Shown piece by piece: positions 41,544-50,536 of a stretch of DNA of 64,000 nucleotides. The notes under the pieces were generated by a model. It saw nothing but the letters and a program-made list of their open reading frames with translations, ran no database searches and was not told the DNA's origin. Every line of letters starts with the position of its first letter. Positions within the stretch are counted from its first letter, which is position 1. Position numbers and translations under genes: made by a program. Source of the stretch: an uncultured Candidatus Saccharibacteria bacterium (GTDB lineage: Bacteria > Patescibacteriota > Saccharimonadia > Saccharimonadales > JALRHH01). The stretch spans positions 129,510-193,509 of the forward strand of contig CAZLJP010000001.1 in assembly GCA_964559915.1 (NCBI GenBank), read 5' to 3'.

Positions 41544-41628
41544 TGGTGGGCAAGGAGGGACTCGAACCCTCAAGCCTTGCGGCACATGATTTTAAGTCGT
41601 GCGCGTATACCAGTTCCGCCACTCGCCC
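41544..41628 (-). tRNA. tRNA-Leu (anticodon TAA), type II with long variable arm, CCA encoded
   Basis: Acceptor GGGCGAG/CTTGCCC, anticodon loop CTTAAAA, variable arm GCCGCAAGGC, T-arm GAGGGTTCGAGTCCCTC. The anticodon stem has one mismatch. Confidence 0.8.
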
Positions 41629-41765
41629 TGGAGGCACCTACGGGTAACGCTCCCGTCTACACGGTTTTGCAGACCGTTGCCTAACTTCTCGGCCAAGGCG
41701 CCACGGTATCGTGACGATACCGTGTGATTATAGCGTATTTATATATGTATTTAACAGTGTGATAG

Positions 41766-42227
41766 CTAGTTATCCCTATTTGGGAATAGTGGTATTACAT
41801 TACGAGTATGGTCAAACTTTTCAATAACCTGCTTGGTACGGTCAAGTACTACTACGGGCAAATACGGGTTCACATCTGGATATATTTCCTTTTCCAGGGC
41901 TATATCAACCACCTCGGCGGTTATTCTGTCGGGTACAACTCGACTTGCATCAGCCTTGAGTACCGAGCTAGCAATAATGAGCTCACCCATTAGCACCAAA
42001 TCTTCCTGGCCAAGTCTTACGCCACGGGTCATCGCGTTGACACCCAGCCCAGCCTCGTGGAGAGGCTGATTACGCAGTAATTGCACCACATGATTTTCCG
42101 GTGTCTCTGCAGGCAAGAACACACCTGCACTCTGGCGGAAGAAGTTACCCATATATTCCTGGCCGCGTTTGGCCATGCCAAACGGCACGGTTAATACATT
42201 CCCTCCAAAGGGATATATCTCTCTCAT
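41766..42227 (-). CDS. Hypothetical protein
   Basis: 153-aa ORF. No confident domain assignment. Confidence 0.4.
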   Translation of the reverse strand: MREIYPFGGNVLTVPFGMAKRGQEYMGNFFRQSAGVFLPAETPENHVVQLLRNQPLHEAGLGVNAMTRGVRLGQEDLVLMGELIIASSVLKADASRVVPDRITAEVVDIALEKEIYPDVNPYLPVVVLDRTKQVIEKFDHTRNVIPLFPNRDN

Positions 42228-42368
42228 ATGTTGCCTTTCTTTACTTGTTGACGCTGCGTCTCAGCCGAATGTGTATCTATCTTGGTAAAGATGCAGGCAA
42301 GTATGCGCTTATGCTTGGCTAATATCTGTCAAAATCATTACAGACTATGAGTAAAAATTGGGCCTAAA

Positions 42369-42962
42369 TTAGTCGGCCATAGAACCAGTTTGCACTTCTC
42401 CGGCTCGCTTGTAGTTAGCAAAGATAACGCCGGTTGGTGTTACGTTGGTCTCTGTTAGCGTAAACGCGGCAGGAATTGTACCTTCAGCAAATAGTTTTTT
42501 GCCATTCCCGAGTATCACGGGGAATGTTTTTAGCCAAAGTTCGTCTACTAAATCGTGTGCGAGCAATGTTTGAATTAGCTTGCCGCTACCATGGACTTGG
42601 ATATCAGAACCTTCTGATTCTTTGAGCTTCTTAATCTCTTCTACGCCTGATAGAAAGACCGTATTTTGCCAATCCGATTCTTTCCTGCTTGTACTTACAA
42701 CGTACTTCTTCACCTCATTGATACTTGGCCATTGGTCAACATGTTTTGGCCAGAAAGGCTCCCAAATATCGAAGGTTTTTCTGCCAAGCAACAAATCTGC
42801 TGGCTGCATTTGTTTTTCCATAATCTTGCCAGCTGCTTCATCAAAATACGGTGCAGTCCAGCCACCGTATTTAAAGTCACCGGATGTATCTTCTTCCGGG
42901 CCACCAGGTGCCTGCATGACACCATCTAAACTGATGAATGATAATACAATTATTTTTCTCAT
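42369..42962 (-). CDS. Dihydrofolate reductase family protein (RibD C-terminal domain type)
   Basis: MRKIIVLSFISLDGVMQAPGGPEEDTSGDFKYGGW is a typical RibD_C/YwjB-like DHFR-family N-terminus. Confidence 0.75.
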   Translation of the reverse strand: MRKIIVLSFISLDGVMQAPGGPEEDTSGDFKYGGWTAPYFDEAAGKIMEKQMQPADLLLGRKTFDIWEPFWPKHVDQWPSINEVKKYVVSTSRKESDWQNTVFLSGVEEIKKLKESEGSDIQVHGSGKLIQTLLAHDLVDELWLKTFPVILGNGKKLFAEGTIPAAFTLTETNVTPTGVIFANYKRAGEVQTGSMAD

Positions 42963-42977
42963 GTTTCTATTATTATC

Positions 42978-43319
42978 CTAAATTACTAAAATTACTTGAT
43001 AAATATCCCACACAATGTGGCAACAGACGACAACCCCAAGTACTCGTCGGAACAAACTATGGCCGAGCGCTATTTCCAACACTGCCCAGATGAGTATCGA
43101 TACGACGCTGACAACACTGAGCATAGAGCCTGCGCTGCCATCAACAAACTTGTGAGCCAATGATGCAGTCAACCAAATAGCTAGCGGCACATTCGGCCAC
43201 TCAAAAATCACTATCTGTCCTGCTTTATCTGCAAAGAAACGTCGTAACATCTGCCTAGTATAGCGCCTGCTACTACTAAAGTCGTGCTGGGCCCAACCCA
43301 GCCTTATGGCCGGAATCAC
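42978..43319 (-). CDS. Small membrane protein, hypothetical
   Basis: 113 aa with 3 predicted TM. Confidence 0.4.
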   Translation of the reverse strand: MIPAIRLGWAQHDFSSSRRYTRQMLRRFFADKAGQIVIFEWPNVPLAIWLTASLAHKFVDGSAGSMLSVVSVVSILIWAVLEIALGHSLFRRVLGVVVCCHIVWDIYQVILVI

Positions 43320-43327
43320 TATTTCGA

Positions 43328-43708
43328 TTATCCTTCGACCGCCACTTCAAAGCCACCGTATGCCATTTTTTGCATGTCGTTTGGCATTTCAAAATCAGTA
43401 GCATCTGCATAAGCTTCACTCATTTCGGCCATAACCTTTGCGTTTACTTCATCGCGATGCTCTTTTGAGTTGAAAACTATAAATGAAAACCATACGTTGT
43501 CATCTTCACCCGCACCAGCCATTTCTTTATAAGCTCGCGATTTTTGGTCACCCATTTCCTGCTGCTTCAGGTCATCGCCCCTACACTCAAAGTATTGCAG
43601 TGCACCATGCTTCATCCATGAATCACGCCCCATTTCTGCCATTTTCTGGTATTCAGCTTCTTTTCCTTTGGGTATTACTAGTACAAATCCATCAACATAT
43701 TTAGCCAT
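43328..43708 (-). CDS. DUF1428 family protein (YbaA-like)
   Basis: MAKYVDGFVLVIPKGKEAEYQKMAE N-terminus and the 126-aa length match DUF1428. Confidence 0.7.
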   Translation of the reverse strand: MAKYVDGFVLVIPKGKEAEYQKMAEMGRDSWMKHGALQYFECRGDDLKQQEMGDQKSRAYKEMAGAGEDDNVWFSFIVFNSKEHRDEVNAKVMAEMSEAYADATDFEMPNDMQKMAYGGFEVAVEG

Positions 43709-43800
43709 TTTATGCCCCTTTTTCGTTATGTTTATCTTCTAATTTTAAGTCTCTTACGAGCTAACAGCAATAAAAAGAACGCCGAAGCGTTCAAATTGAC

Positions 43801-44253
43801 CTATTTTAGTTCTTCTGCCAATCCAATGAGGATTTGCTCGGGACCACGCATATAGCACAGACGATATGTGTCTTCATACTGGACTATTTCTCCGACAAGC
43901 TTCGCACCGTGCTTCTGCAGCCTGGACACTGTGTCATCAATATCTATTACTGTGAACATACTGCGCAGATAACCAAGAGCATTGACTGGCGCGCTGCGAT
44001 GATCAGCAACTGGCGACGGCGCCAGATAACGACAGAGTTCTAGTCTGCTGTGCCCATCGGGTGTGACCATCATGGCAATCTCAACACGCTGGCCATCTAA
44101 CCCAGTGACACGACCAGACCATTCACCTTCAAGTACTGCACGGCCCTCAAGCTTCAGACCAAGCTCTGTAAAAAAAGATACGACTTCATCCAGTGATTCA
44201 ACGACTATGCCAACGTTGTCCATTCTTTTTAGGTTAGATTGGTTTGGTTCCAT
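43801..44253 (-). CDS. VOC (glyoxalase/bleomycin-resistance) family protein
   Basis: Start placed at MEPNQSNLKRMDNVGIVVESLDEV. The longer track ORF runs through repeat (a), and alternative starts sit 8 or 31 codons upstream. Confidence 0.6.
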   Translation of the reverse strand: MEPNQSNLKRMDNVGIVVESLDEVVSFFTELGLKLEGRAVLEGEWSGRVTGLDGQRVEIAMMVTPDGHSRLELCRYLAPSPVADHRSAPVNALGYLRSMFTVIDIDDTVSRLQKHGAKLVGEIVQYEDTYRLCYMRGPEQILIGLAEELK

Positions 44254-44310
44254 ATGCTCTATTCTAGCACTTAACATCTTTGGGGTTAACGCCCCTGTTT
44301 GGGCACAAAG

Positions 44311-44439
44311 AAAACACCGAGTTGCTCGACGTTTTACATAGGTCATTATCAAAAATGCAAATTGGTGTGGGCAAGGAGACTCGAGGCTCCCGGCCGATGG
44401 CGGTGGGAGCATCCTGGCCAGTTAATTATTTTTGAAGAG
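44311..44439. repeat. 129-bp direct repeat copy (a); includes a mimic of the tRNA-Gly 3' end plus a terminator-like hairpin
   Basis: Core TGGTGTGGGCAAGGAGACTCGAGGCTCCCGGCCGATGGCGGTGGGAGCATCCTGGCCAGTTAATTATTTTTGAAGAG preceded by AAAACACCGAGTTGCTCGACGTTTTACA. About 90% identical to copy (b). Confidence 0.8.
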
Positions 44440-44482
44440 ACGAGCAATTTGACCTTGCAGGCGATTTACTTGATCAATAGAT

Positions 44483-45334
44483 TTAAATGCAAGAATGATT
44501 GAAATCTAGATTTTTCTGAACATACTGTGTAAGCCAAATTGTGCCGCCAGCAGTTAGCGATGGTACAGTACAGTTATCTTTTGCATTCGCAAGGCTCGCA
44601 CCACTTGGTCGCCAGTTAGGCAGTCCAATGAGGTTACCGCTTGTGACTTGCGTAGTACCAACAATTTGCTCCCACTGAGACTTGGTAGAATATAGGCCAA
44701 CCGTTGCGCTCTTTGACTGATAGTATGCTGCAAAACCCTCTATTGCTGCTTTGTTGAGAGCTAGCCCACTGCCAGTCTGCCAAGAATTCATAGTTTCTAC
44801 ATCAAGCCACCACGTGTACTTGCTTGTGTCCGTACCAATCCCCGCAGCCTGTGCTCTGCTGACAAAGTATGCTTCTGTTTCAACTGAACGGTTCCAGCCG
44901 TACTGCCAAGAACAAGCTTCATTATTGTTTCTCACACCAGCACATGCACCGTAAGGAGTGGCACCAGTAGTCGGCCAGTTATTCCAGTTGTAGGCAGTAT
45001 CTTGTGCTGGGTTGGCGGTATTTACATACACCTGTACTTTTGGCTGCTTTGAGTTTGTATCAGCTTTAGCACTATTAGCCCACGCAAGCTGTTGGGTTAA
45101 ACACGTGTTGTATGAGGCTGCTGTACCACCGTTTACGCCCACAATACCAAAGTAATGGTCAGTTGGTAGCTTCTTGCCACACTGCGGGTAAGATACGTCG
45201 TAACCAACGTATTCAACTGTTGGAGTTGGACTAGGACTCCCCCCTCCGCCTACAGGTTTAGCTGCAAATGCCACAGATGGGACGAGCAAGACTGCAACAA
45301 ATGATACTGATACAAGGGATAATAATTTCTTCAT
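44483..45334 (-). CDS. Secreted glycoside-hydrolase-like protein (GH25/Rv2525c-like lysozyme-type fold), single-gene cassette between direct repeats
   Basis: Start at MKKLLSLVSVSFVAVLLVPSVAFA signal peptide. Mature region YVGYDVSYPQCGKKLPTDHYFGIVGVNGG...VQVYVNTANP resembles GH25/DUF1906 N-terminal strands. The fold call is tentative. Confidence 0.45.
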   Translation of the reverse strand: MKKLLSLVSVSFVAVLLVPSVAFAAKPVGGGGSPSPTPTVEYVGYDVSYPQCGKKLPTDHYFGIVGVNGGTAASYNTCLTQQLAWANSAKADTNSKQPKVQVYVNTANPAQDTAYNWNNWPTTGATPYGACAGVRNNNEACSWQYGWNRSVETEAYFVSRAQAAGIGTDTSKYTWWLDVETMNSWQTGSGLALNKAAIEGFAAYYQSKSATVGLYSTKSQWEQIVGTTQVTSGNLIGLPNWRPSGASLANAKDNCTVPSLTAGGTIWLTQYVQKNLDFNHSCI

Positions 45335-45384
45335 AAACAAATTATAACAGATTAGGCAGTGCGAGTCCTTTGTGGGTTGAATTA

Positions 45385-45512
45385 AAAAACACCAATTTGC
45401 TCGGTGTTTTACAGGCATAGATTTTACGAAATCATTGGTGCGGGCAAGGAGACTCAAGGCTCCCGACCGCAAGCGGTGGTAGCATCCTGGCCAGTTAATT
45501 ATTTTTGAAGAG
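45385..45512. repeat. 129-bp direct repeat copy (b); immediately downstream (minus sense) of tRNA-Gly and its terminator
   Basis: First 21 nt (TGGTGCGGGCAAGGAGACTCA) are identical to the tRNA-Gly 3' end including CCA. The remainder matches copy (a) only. Confidence 0.8.
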
Positions 45513-45544
45513 GCCAGGAGTTTGAATCTGGCTCAAACCAAGCA

Positions 45545-45572
45545 AAAACCCGGATTCTCATCCGGGTCTTGG
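45545..45572 (-). terminator. Rho-independent terminator after tRNA-Gly
   Basis: CCCGGA-TGAGAA-TCCGGG hairpin followed by TTTTTGCTT (minus sense). Confidence 0.7.
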
Positions 45573-45574
45573 CT

Positions 45575-45650
45575 TGGTGCGGGCAAGGAGACTCAAACTC
45601 CTGGCCTCTTCCTTGGCAAGGAAGCGCTCTATCAACTGAGCTATGCCCGC
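45575..45650 (-). tRNA. tRNA-Gly (anticodon GCC), CCA encoded
   Basis: Acceptor GCGGGCA/TGCCCGC, anticodon loop TTGCCAA, T-arm AGGAGTTTGAGTCTCCT. Confidence 0.85.
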
Positions 45651-45743
45651 ATGTCTTGATACAATTGTTAATTTGTATAACCCCAACGATTATAATCGAC
45701 AGGGGTCGGTTTATCAAGTAACTTCGTAGTACAATATTGGTAT

Positions 45744-46526
45744 ATGGCACAAACTTCCCTCCCCGTTAAGATTGATAGAGGCACAGGTACTCCGATGGTT
45801 CTGCTACATGGACTTGGCAATAATCACAAAAGCTGGTCGTTTGTATTGGATAATTTAGATGGCTCATCACACCGCATCATTGTGCCTGATTTATTAGGAT
45901 TTGGCGACGCGCCCAAGCCCAAGAACAAGGCATATTCCCAGCAAGACCACGCTGAAGCAGTTATAAAAACTCTTGATCAGCTTGACGTGAAAAACGCCAT
46001 TATTGCCGGACATTCCATGGGCTGCATCATTGCTTTGGAAGTTGCAAAGCAGAGGCCAGACTTGGTGCGTCAGCTTGCGCTGTTTGGAGCACCAATCTAT
46101 GAAAAACTGCCAACAAGTAGCTGGGTGTCACGGCTGAATCGCTCAGAAGGAATGTACTTTTCGATTTTTTCTATTGTCCAGAAAAATCCGGACGCTGTGC
46201 AAGCAGGCGGTAAGATCGCTGATGAGATTATACCCCTCGTAAAGGGTATGGAAATTACTGAGGAGACATGGCCGGCGTACAAAAAGAGTCTTGAGCATAC
46301 CATTATGCAATTTGACACTTTCAAAGATGCAAGCCAGATCAAAGTTCCAACGCTTTTCGTAAACGGTGTATTAGATTTCTTTATTATCCGCAAGAACATC
46401 AAAAAAATCGCGCAAAAGAATCAAAAGTACATAAAGATTAGAACCGTCCTTGGACCACATGAAATCACACCGCTGCAGGGAAAGCGAATTGCGAAGATAC
46501 TTACTAGCCAATTAAGACTAAGGTAA
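45744..46526 (+). CDS. Alpha/beta-fold hydrolase
   Basis: Nucleophile elbow GHSMG, HGxGxN-like N-terminal motif. 260 aa. Confidence 0.75.
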   Translation: MAQTSLPVKIDRGTGTPMVLLHGLGNNHKSWSFVLDNLDGSSHRIIVPDLLGFGDAPKPKNKAYSQQDHAEAVIKTLDQLDVKNAIIAGHSMGCIIALEVAKQRPDLVRQLALFGAPIYEKLPTSSWVSRLNRSEGMYFSIFSIVQKNPDAVQAGGKIADEIIPLVKGMEITEETWPAYKKSLEHTIMQFDTFKDASQIKVPTLFVNGVLDFFIIRKNIKKIAQKNQKYIKIRTVLGPHEITPLQGKRIAKILTSQLRLR

Positions 46527-46595
46527 TAGCCTCAGCTAACGCTGTTCACCAAACTGGTAATTCACGTTGCTCTCGCATCCAGTTCTCGTCTGGGG

Positions 46596-46642
46596 CCCTC
46601 CAGCCAAGAAAAATGGATCACGCTTCGGTGATCCATTTTTCT
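46596..46642. terminator. Bidirectional terminator (18-bp perfect inverted repeat)
   Basis: CCAAGAAAAATGGATCAC-GCTTCG-GTGATCCATTTTTCTTGG lies between the hydrolase gene (+) and tRNA-Phe (-). Confidence 0.7.
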
Positions 46643-46718
46643 TGGTGGCTCCTCCCAGACTCGAACTGGGGACACACGGAGCTTCAATCCGATGCTCTAC
46701 CAACTGAGCTAAAGAGCC
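46643..46718 (-). tRNA. tRNA-Phe (anticodon GAA), CCA encoded
   Basis: Acceptor GGCTCTT/AGGAGCC, anticodon loop TTGAAGC, T-arm CCCAGTTCGAGTCTGGG. Confidence 0.85.
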
Positions 46719-46775
46719 ACGCGCCTAGTAACCCCGGTATTTTACGGGAATTACTAGTGTTTTTCAAGGGTAGGG

Positions 46776-47537
46776 CTAGATGTTTTCTTTGGTCATGAAC
46801 TTCTTGACGCTATCGACCGTGTCCATAAACTGGCTTGGGAAGATAATTGTACTGTTTTTCTCGACAGCAATCTCGCTCAATACTTGCAGGTTACGAAGTT
46901 GTAATGCAATTGGGTGCTTACTGATGACATCAGCGGCTTCACCAAGCTTAACGGCACTCAGCGCTTCACCTTCGGCGGCAATAATCTTGGCACGCTTCTC
47001 TCGTTCTGCCTCAGCTTGCTTGGCCATGGCACGTTGCATGCTATCTGGCAGTTGAATATCCTTGAGTTCTACAGTGCTCACATAGACACCCCATTTCTCT
47101 GTAGCAACATCTAGAATGGCCTTGATTGCTTCGTTAATCTTCAGAGTCTGGCTTAGCACTTCATCCAGTGAATTTTGGCCAACGATATTACGTATGGTGG
47201 TCTGGGCGATTTGGTATGTTGCTGAGACAACGTTCTGAATCTCTACAACTGACTTAATTGGGTCTTGAACCTGGTAGAAAGCAACGGCTGCAACATCAAT
47301 AGAAACATTGTCTTTGGTAATAATCTTCTGGCTGTCGACCGGTAGTGCCACAATCTGCATATTGACCTTACGCATCTGGTCAACAATCGGAATGATAAAC
47401 CGAAGTCCGGGTTCTTTGATGCCTGGACGCATTTTACCTAGACGGAACACGACGCCACGCTCGTACTGGTTCACAATCCGTACGCCGTTAGCAATGATGA
47501 TAATCGCAATGAACAATAAGAAAACTGTAAACCCCAT
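46776..47537 (-). CDS. SPFH/band-7 (stomatin/prohibitin-like) membrane protein
   Basis: N-terminal TM plus SPFH domain and a coiled-coil C-terminus. 253 aa. Confidence 0.85.
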   Translation of the reverse strand: MGFTVFLLFIAIIIIANGVRIVNQYERGVVFRLGKMRPGIKEPGLRFIIPIVDQMRKVNMQIVALPVDSQKIITKDNVSIDVAAVAFYQVQDPIKSVVEIQNVVSATYQIAQTTIRNIVGQNSLDEVLSQTLKINEAIKAILDVATEKWGVYVSTVELKDIQLPDSMQRAMAKQAEAEREKRAKIIAAEGEALSAVKLGEAADVISKHPIALQLRNLQVLSEIAVEKNSTIIFPSQFMDTVDSVKKFMTKENI

Positions 47538-47611
47538 GAGATGCTCCTTAGTTATGTCTTCATTGTACGAGCAGTAAGTGTGGTTGGCAATCTCGAGTGT
47601 TCAGAGATGAG

Positions 47612-47650
47612 CCTCTGACATATAAAAAACTCCCTCACGGGAGTTCTTTA
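47612..47650 (-). terminator. Rho-independent terminator after tRNA-Val
   Basis: AACTCCC-GTGA-GGGAGTT hairpin followed by TTTTATATG (minus sense). Confidence 0.65.
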
Positions 47651-47652
47651 TA

Positions 47653-47729
47653 TGGTGGGTGATGAGGGATTCGAACCCCCGACCCTCTCGGTGTAAACGA
47701 GATGCTCTAGCCAACTGAGCTAATCACCC
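47653..47729 (-). tRNA. tRNA-Val (anticodon TAC), CCA encoded
   Basis: Acceptor GGGTGAT/ATCACCC, anticodon loop TTTACAC, T-arm GGGGGTTCGAATCCCTC. Confidence 0.85.
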
Positions 47730-47740
47730 GGGTATGGAAT

Positions 47741-47825
47741 TGGTGCGCGAGAGAGGACTTGAACCTCCACACCTTGCGGCACTACCACCTCAAGGTAGCG
47801 TGTATACCAATTTCACCACTCGCGC
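47741..47825 (-). tRNA. tRNA-Leu (anticodon GAG), type II, CCA encoded
   Basis: Acceptor GCGCGAG/CTCGCGC, anticodon loop TTGAGGT, long variable arm, T-arm GGAGGTTCAAGTCCTCT. Confidence 0.85.
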
Positions 47826-47885
47826 GCGGCAAGACTCAGTTATTCTACGCATTTTACAGAGAAAAATCAACCTGTTAGAGCTACC

Positions 47886-49523
47886 TTAGGTGCGGGGCAT
47901 GTGCTGGTACAAGTGGTCGAGTGAATATTCATCGCGGAGCACCGCTTTGACATCATCCATGGTAACGTTCATTTTCACACCCGTATTCAGAGTATTGTAG
48001 GGGTCAAAAATCTGTTTTACCTTACTAAACAGAGCATATACTTCTGGGCCGTAGAGTTTCTCTAGGTAGGCGCCACGCAGGCGGCCATCGTTGTGCTCAC
48101 CACTAGTACTACCACCCAGACTGACTACCAACTCATAGTAATCATCCATCAACTTGAACAGCATTTGCCTATCGGCTACTTGGCTCAAATCTAGGAATGG
48201 CTGGATATGCAGGTTTGCATCACCGGCATGGCCCCAGACTGCTGCCTGCAGATTGTGGCGCTTAAACAATTCGTAAATACCGTTGATATAGTCTTTGAAC
48301 CTATCGACGGGCACAATGCCATCTTCAATAATTGGTAGCGCTCTGGCCTGCTCTTCTGAATACGACACGATTGCCGTGGCACTGTGACGGACCTTCCATA
48401 GCTCATCACGACCCTTCGGATCAGTCTCTAATTGGTACTTTAAATCATGTTTTTCTAGTATCTTTACGGCTTTCTTGGCCATGCGCTTCTGGGTACGCTC
48501 AGACAAATCGTCAAACTCTATCAGCAGGACTAATTCAGGGAATGGTGCCGTCAAAACACCTTTGAGCTGATTAGGATTATGGCGTTGCACAAAATCTAGC
48601 AAATGTTTGTCGACAATCTCGAGACTACTTGGCTTTTCGGGCAGCTTGCGCAGTTCGGCCAGGACTTCCTGGGCAACCGTCATATTATCAATCAACGCCG
48701 CAATCAATGTGGTATTGGGGTTGTGCGGCTCCGTAGCAAGTGTAGCTTCGGTTACCACACCCAACGTACCCTGAGAACCAACAATCAGCGGAGTTAGGTC
48801 AAATGAGCCGTCCTTACGCTTCACACTGGCCAGGGCATAGCCGGCAGCATTCTTGGTGGTTTCGATGGATATACTTTTAAGTAATTGCTGGTTTTCCTCA
48901 ATCAGCGTATCCAAATTGCGGTATAGTTCGCCTTCGAAGTTAGCCAGGCCCAGTTTCTTGCTAAGCTCACGCTTGGACAAGCGACGGGTTTCAATAACCT
49001 CACCATTTGCCAATACCACACGCAAGCTCCGTACAAAATCACGTGTAGCGCCATACTTAACAGTCTTTTCACCACTGGCGTTGTTAGCAATTGCACCACC
49101 AACAGTTGAGTATTCTAATGAGGCTGGGAACGGTGGTAAAAAGCGGTTATGAGTATGCAATGTTTGCTGCAGCTTGCCGTAGTTAATACCTGGTTCTATG
49201 GTGACAAGGCCAGATTTACCATCAAATTCTAATACACGGTTAAGATGAGCCGGAAATGACATAATAATGCCGGGCCCAATAGCCGCGCCAGTCAGATCAG
49301 TACCAGCGCCACGAGCCGTCAATGGTATGACGCGCCCACGCTCCGCTAGCTGCCAGGTGAACCGAGTAGTCTTACGAACATCATTCTCATTACGGGGGTA
49401 CACCACAATAGCTGGTGGTATCTTGAACACACTGGCGTCGGTAGAGAAGTAACGACGAGCGTCGGCTCCGGTCATAACCTCGCCAACTAAATGTTCCTGC
49501 AGATAATGCGCAGCTTTATTCAT
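47886..49523 (-). CDS. FAD-linked oxidase (second GlcD-like paralogue)
   Basis: 545 aa, FAD_binding_4 plus C-terminal oxidase domain. About 35% similar in architecture to 22409..24070. Confidence 0.75.
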   Translation of the reverse strand: MNKAAHYLQEHLVGEVMTGADARRYFSTDASVFKIPPAIVVYPRNENDVRKTTRFTWQLAERGRVIPLTARGAGTDLTGAAIGPGIIMSFPAHLNRVLEFDGKSGLVTIEPGINYGKLQQTLHTHNRFLPPFPASLEYSTVGGAIANNASGEKTVKYGATRDFVRSLRVVLANGEVIETRRLSKRELSKKLGLANFEGELYRNLDTLIEENQQLLKSISIETTKNAAGYALASVKRKDGSFDLTPLIVGSQGTLGVVTEATLATEPHNPNTTLIAALIDNMTVAQEVLAELRKLPEKPSSLEIVDKHLLDFVQRHNPNQLKGVLTAPFPELVLLIEFDDLSERTQKRMAKKAVKILEKHDLKYQLETDPKGRDELWKVRHSATAIVSYSEEQARALPIIEDGIVPVDRFKDYINGIYELFKRHNLQAAVWGHAGDANLHIQPFLDLSQVADRQMLFKLMDDYYELVVSLGGSTSGEHNDGRLRGAYLEKLYGPEVYALFSKVKQIFDPYNTLNTGVKMNVTMDDVKAVLRDEYSLDHLYQHMPRT

Positions 49524-49646
49524 CTTCTGTAAACCTCTTAATCAAAGCATTAGCAACTAACAGTTATGATAGCACAAAGCGACAGGCCTTGTCCGAGCAT
49601 TGCTTTTTATCTGTAGAATTCGTACAATACCGGGGTTATTTACCAA

Positions 49647-49733
<87 letters not shown>

Positions 49734-49739
49734 GCTCAT

Positions 49740-49772
49740 GAACCGGTCCTTGCGACCGGTTTTTGAGTTGGT
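49740..49772 (+). terminator. Rho-independent terminator after tRNA-Leu(CAG)
   Basis: AACCGGTC-CTTGC-GACCGGTT hairpin followed by TTTGAG. Confidence 0.65.
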
Positions 49773-49878
49773 CTGAAAGTCTTGAACCCCAAAAAGTGGA
49801 GGTGAGAGTAACAGGCCCTATGTTTGTATGCGCACCAGAGCTTAATCTTAGGTATTGGATGAGGTGCTATAGGGGCTG

Positions 49879-50289
49879 CTAAATGACAAGCGGGAAACTT
49901 CTAATAAAGTCAGCTAGTTGATTTTCATTTTCACTCAAATCTACAAGAATCCAATTCTCTAAAACACCGAGCTCGACTAAGACTGCTCGCTCGTCACTAA
50001 ATAGATCATCCTCAAAGACTAAGAATGGTTCACTGAAATCTATGCCTTCGGTTTTAGCGACCGTCCAGTCGGTGGCTTCTATTTGTTTCATGTATTCTAT
50101 GGTTTCAGGCTTAAAGAGATATCCTACATGCTCTATGGGTGTCATAGGGTCACCGTGACAGTGAGTGGTGAGCCACTTGGTCCTGTAGTTACTCACAACG
50201 TATTTAATAAACTCATCTGCATAGTTTGCTGCATTATTCTCATTGACGAGTAACACCCCGTCAATATCAAGATATACCGTAGGTTTCAT
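49879..50289 (-). CDS. HAD-like small protein (HAD-SAK-type DxDGVL motif)
   Basis: N-terminal VYLDIDGVLL motif. Size and pattern match stand-alone HAD domains associated with RNA-repair gene sets. AT-rich context. Confidence 0.45.
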   Translation of the reverse strand: MKPTVYLDIDGVLLVNENNAANYADEFIKYVVSNYRTKWLTTHCHGDPMTPIEHVGYLFKPETIEYMKQIEATDWTVAKTEGIDFSEPFLVFEDDLFSDERAVLVELGVLENWILVDLSENENQLADFIRSFPLVI

Positions 50290-50536
50290 GAGCTTATATA
50301 GTTACATATTATTGTTTGACTGCAAATAGCTTATAATCTTTAACAAGTCGCTTACGCGACCTACATCCTAGAGCCAGCCGCAAGGAAAGGTATGGAAATC
50401 AAATCAACAGAAAGAGACAGCTCGTCATGGGTACTTCTTTCTGTTGTCATTGCTGGAAACGGTGATGGGTGGCCGAAAGGTTGCCGCTCGTGGCGAGCTT
50501 TTTGTTTGCCGAATACAAACTTAGAAGGGTAATATT

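Noticed and set aside
41389-41684. 66-aa and 68-aa plus-strand ORFs
   Set aside because: They overlap the tRNA-Leu(TAA) gene, its terminator and the structured pseudo-3' segment on the opposite strand. GC-rich structured RNA produces open frames.
45499-45750. 83-aa ORF on the minus strand
   Set aside because: Its translation runs through tRNA-Gly and repeat copy (b). The ESPCPHQ peptide recurs because the DNA repeat recurs. Not a gene.
46613-46798. 61-aa plus-strand ORF
   Set aside because: Antisense to tRNA-Phe and its palindromic terminator.
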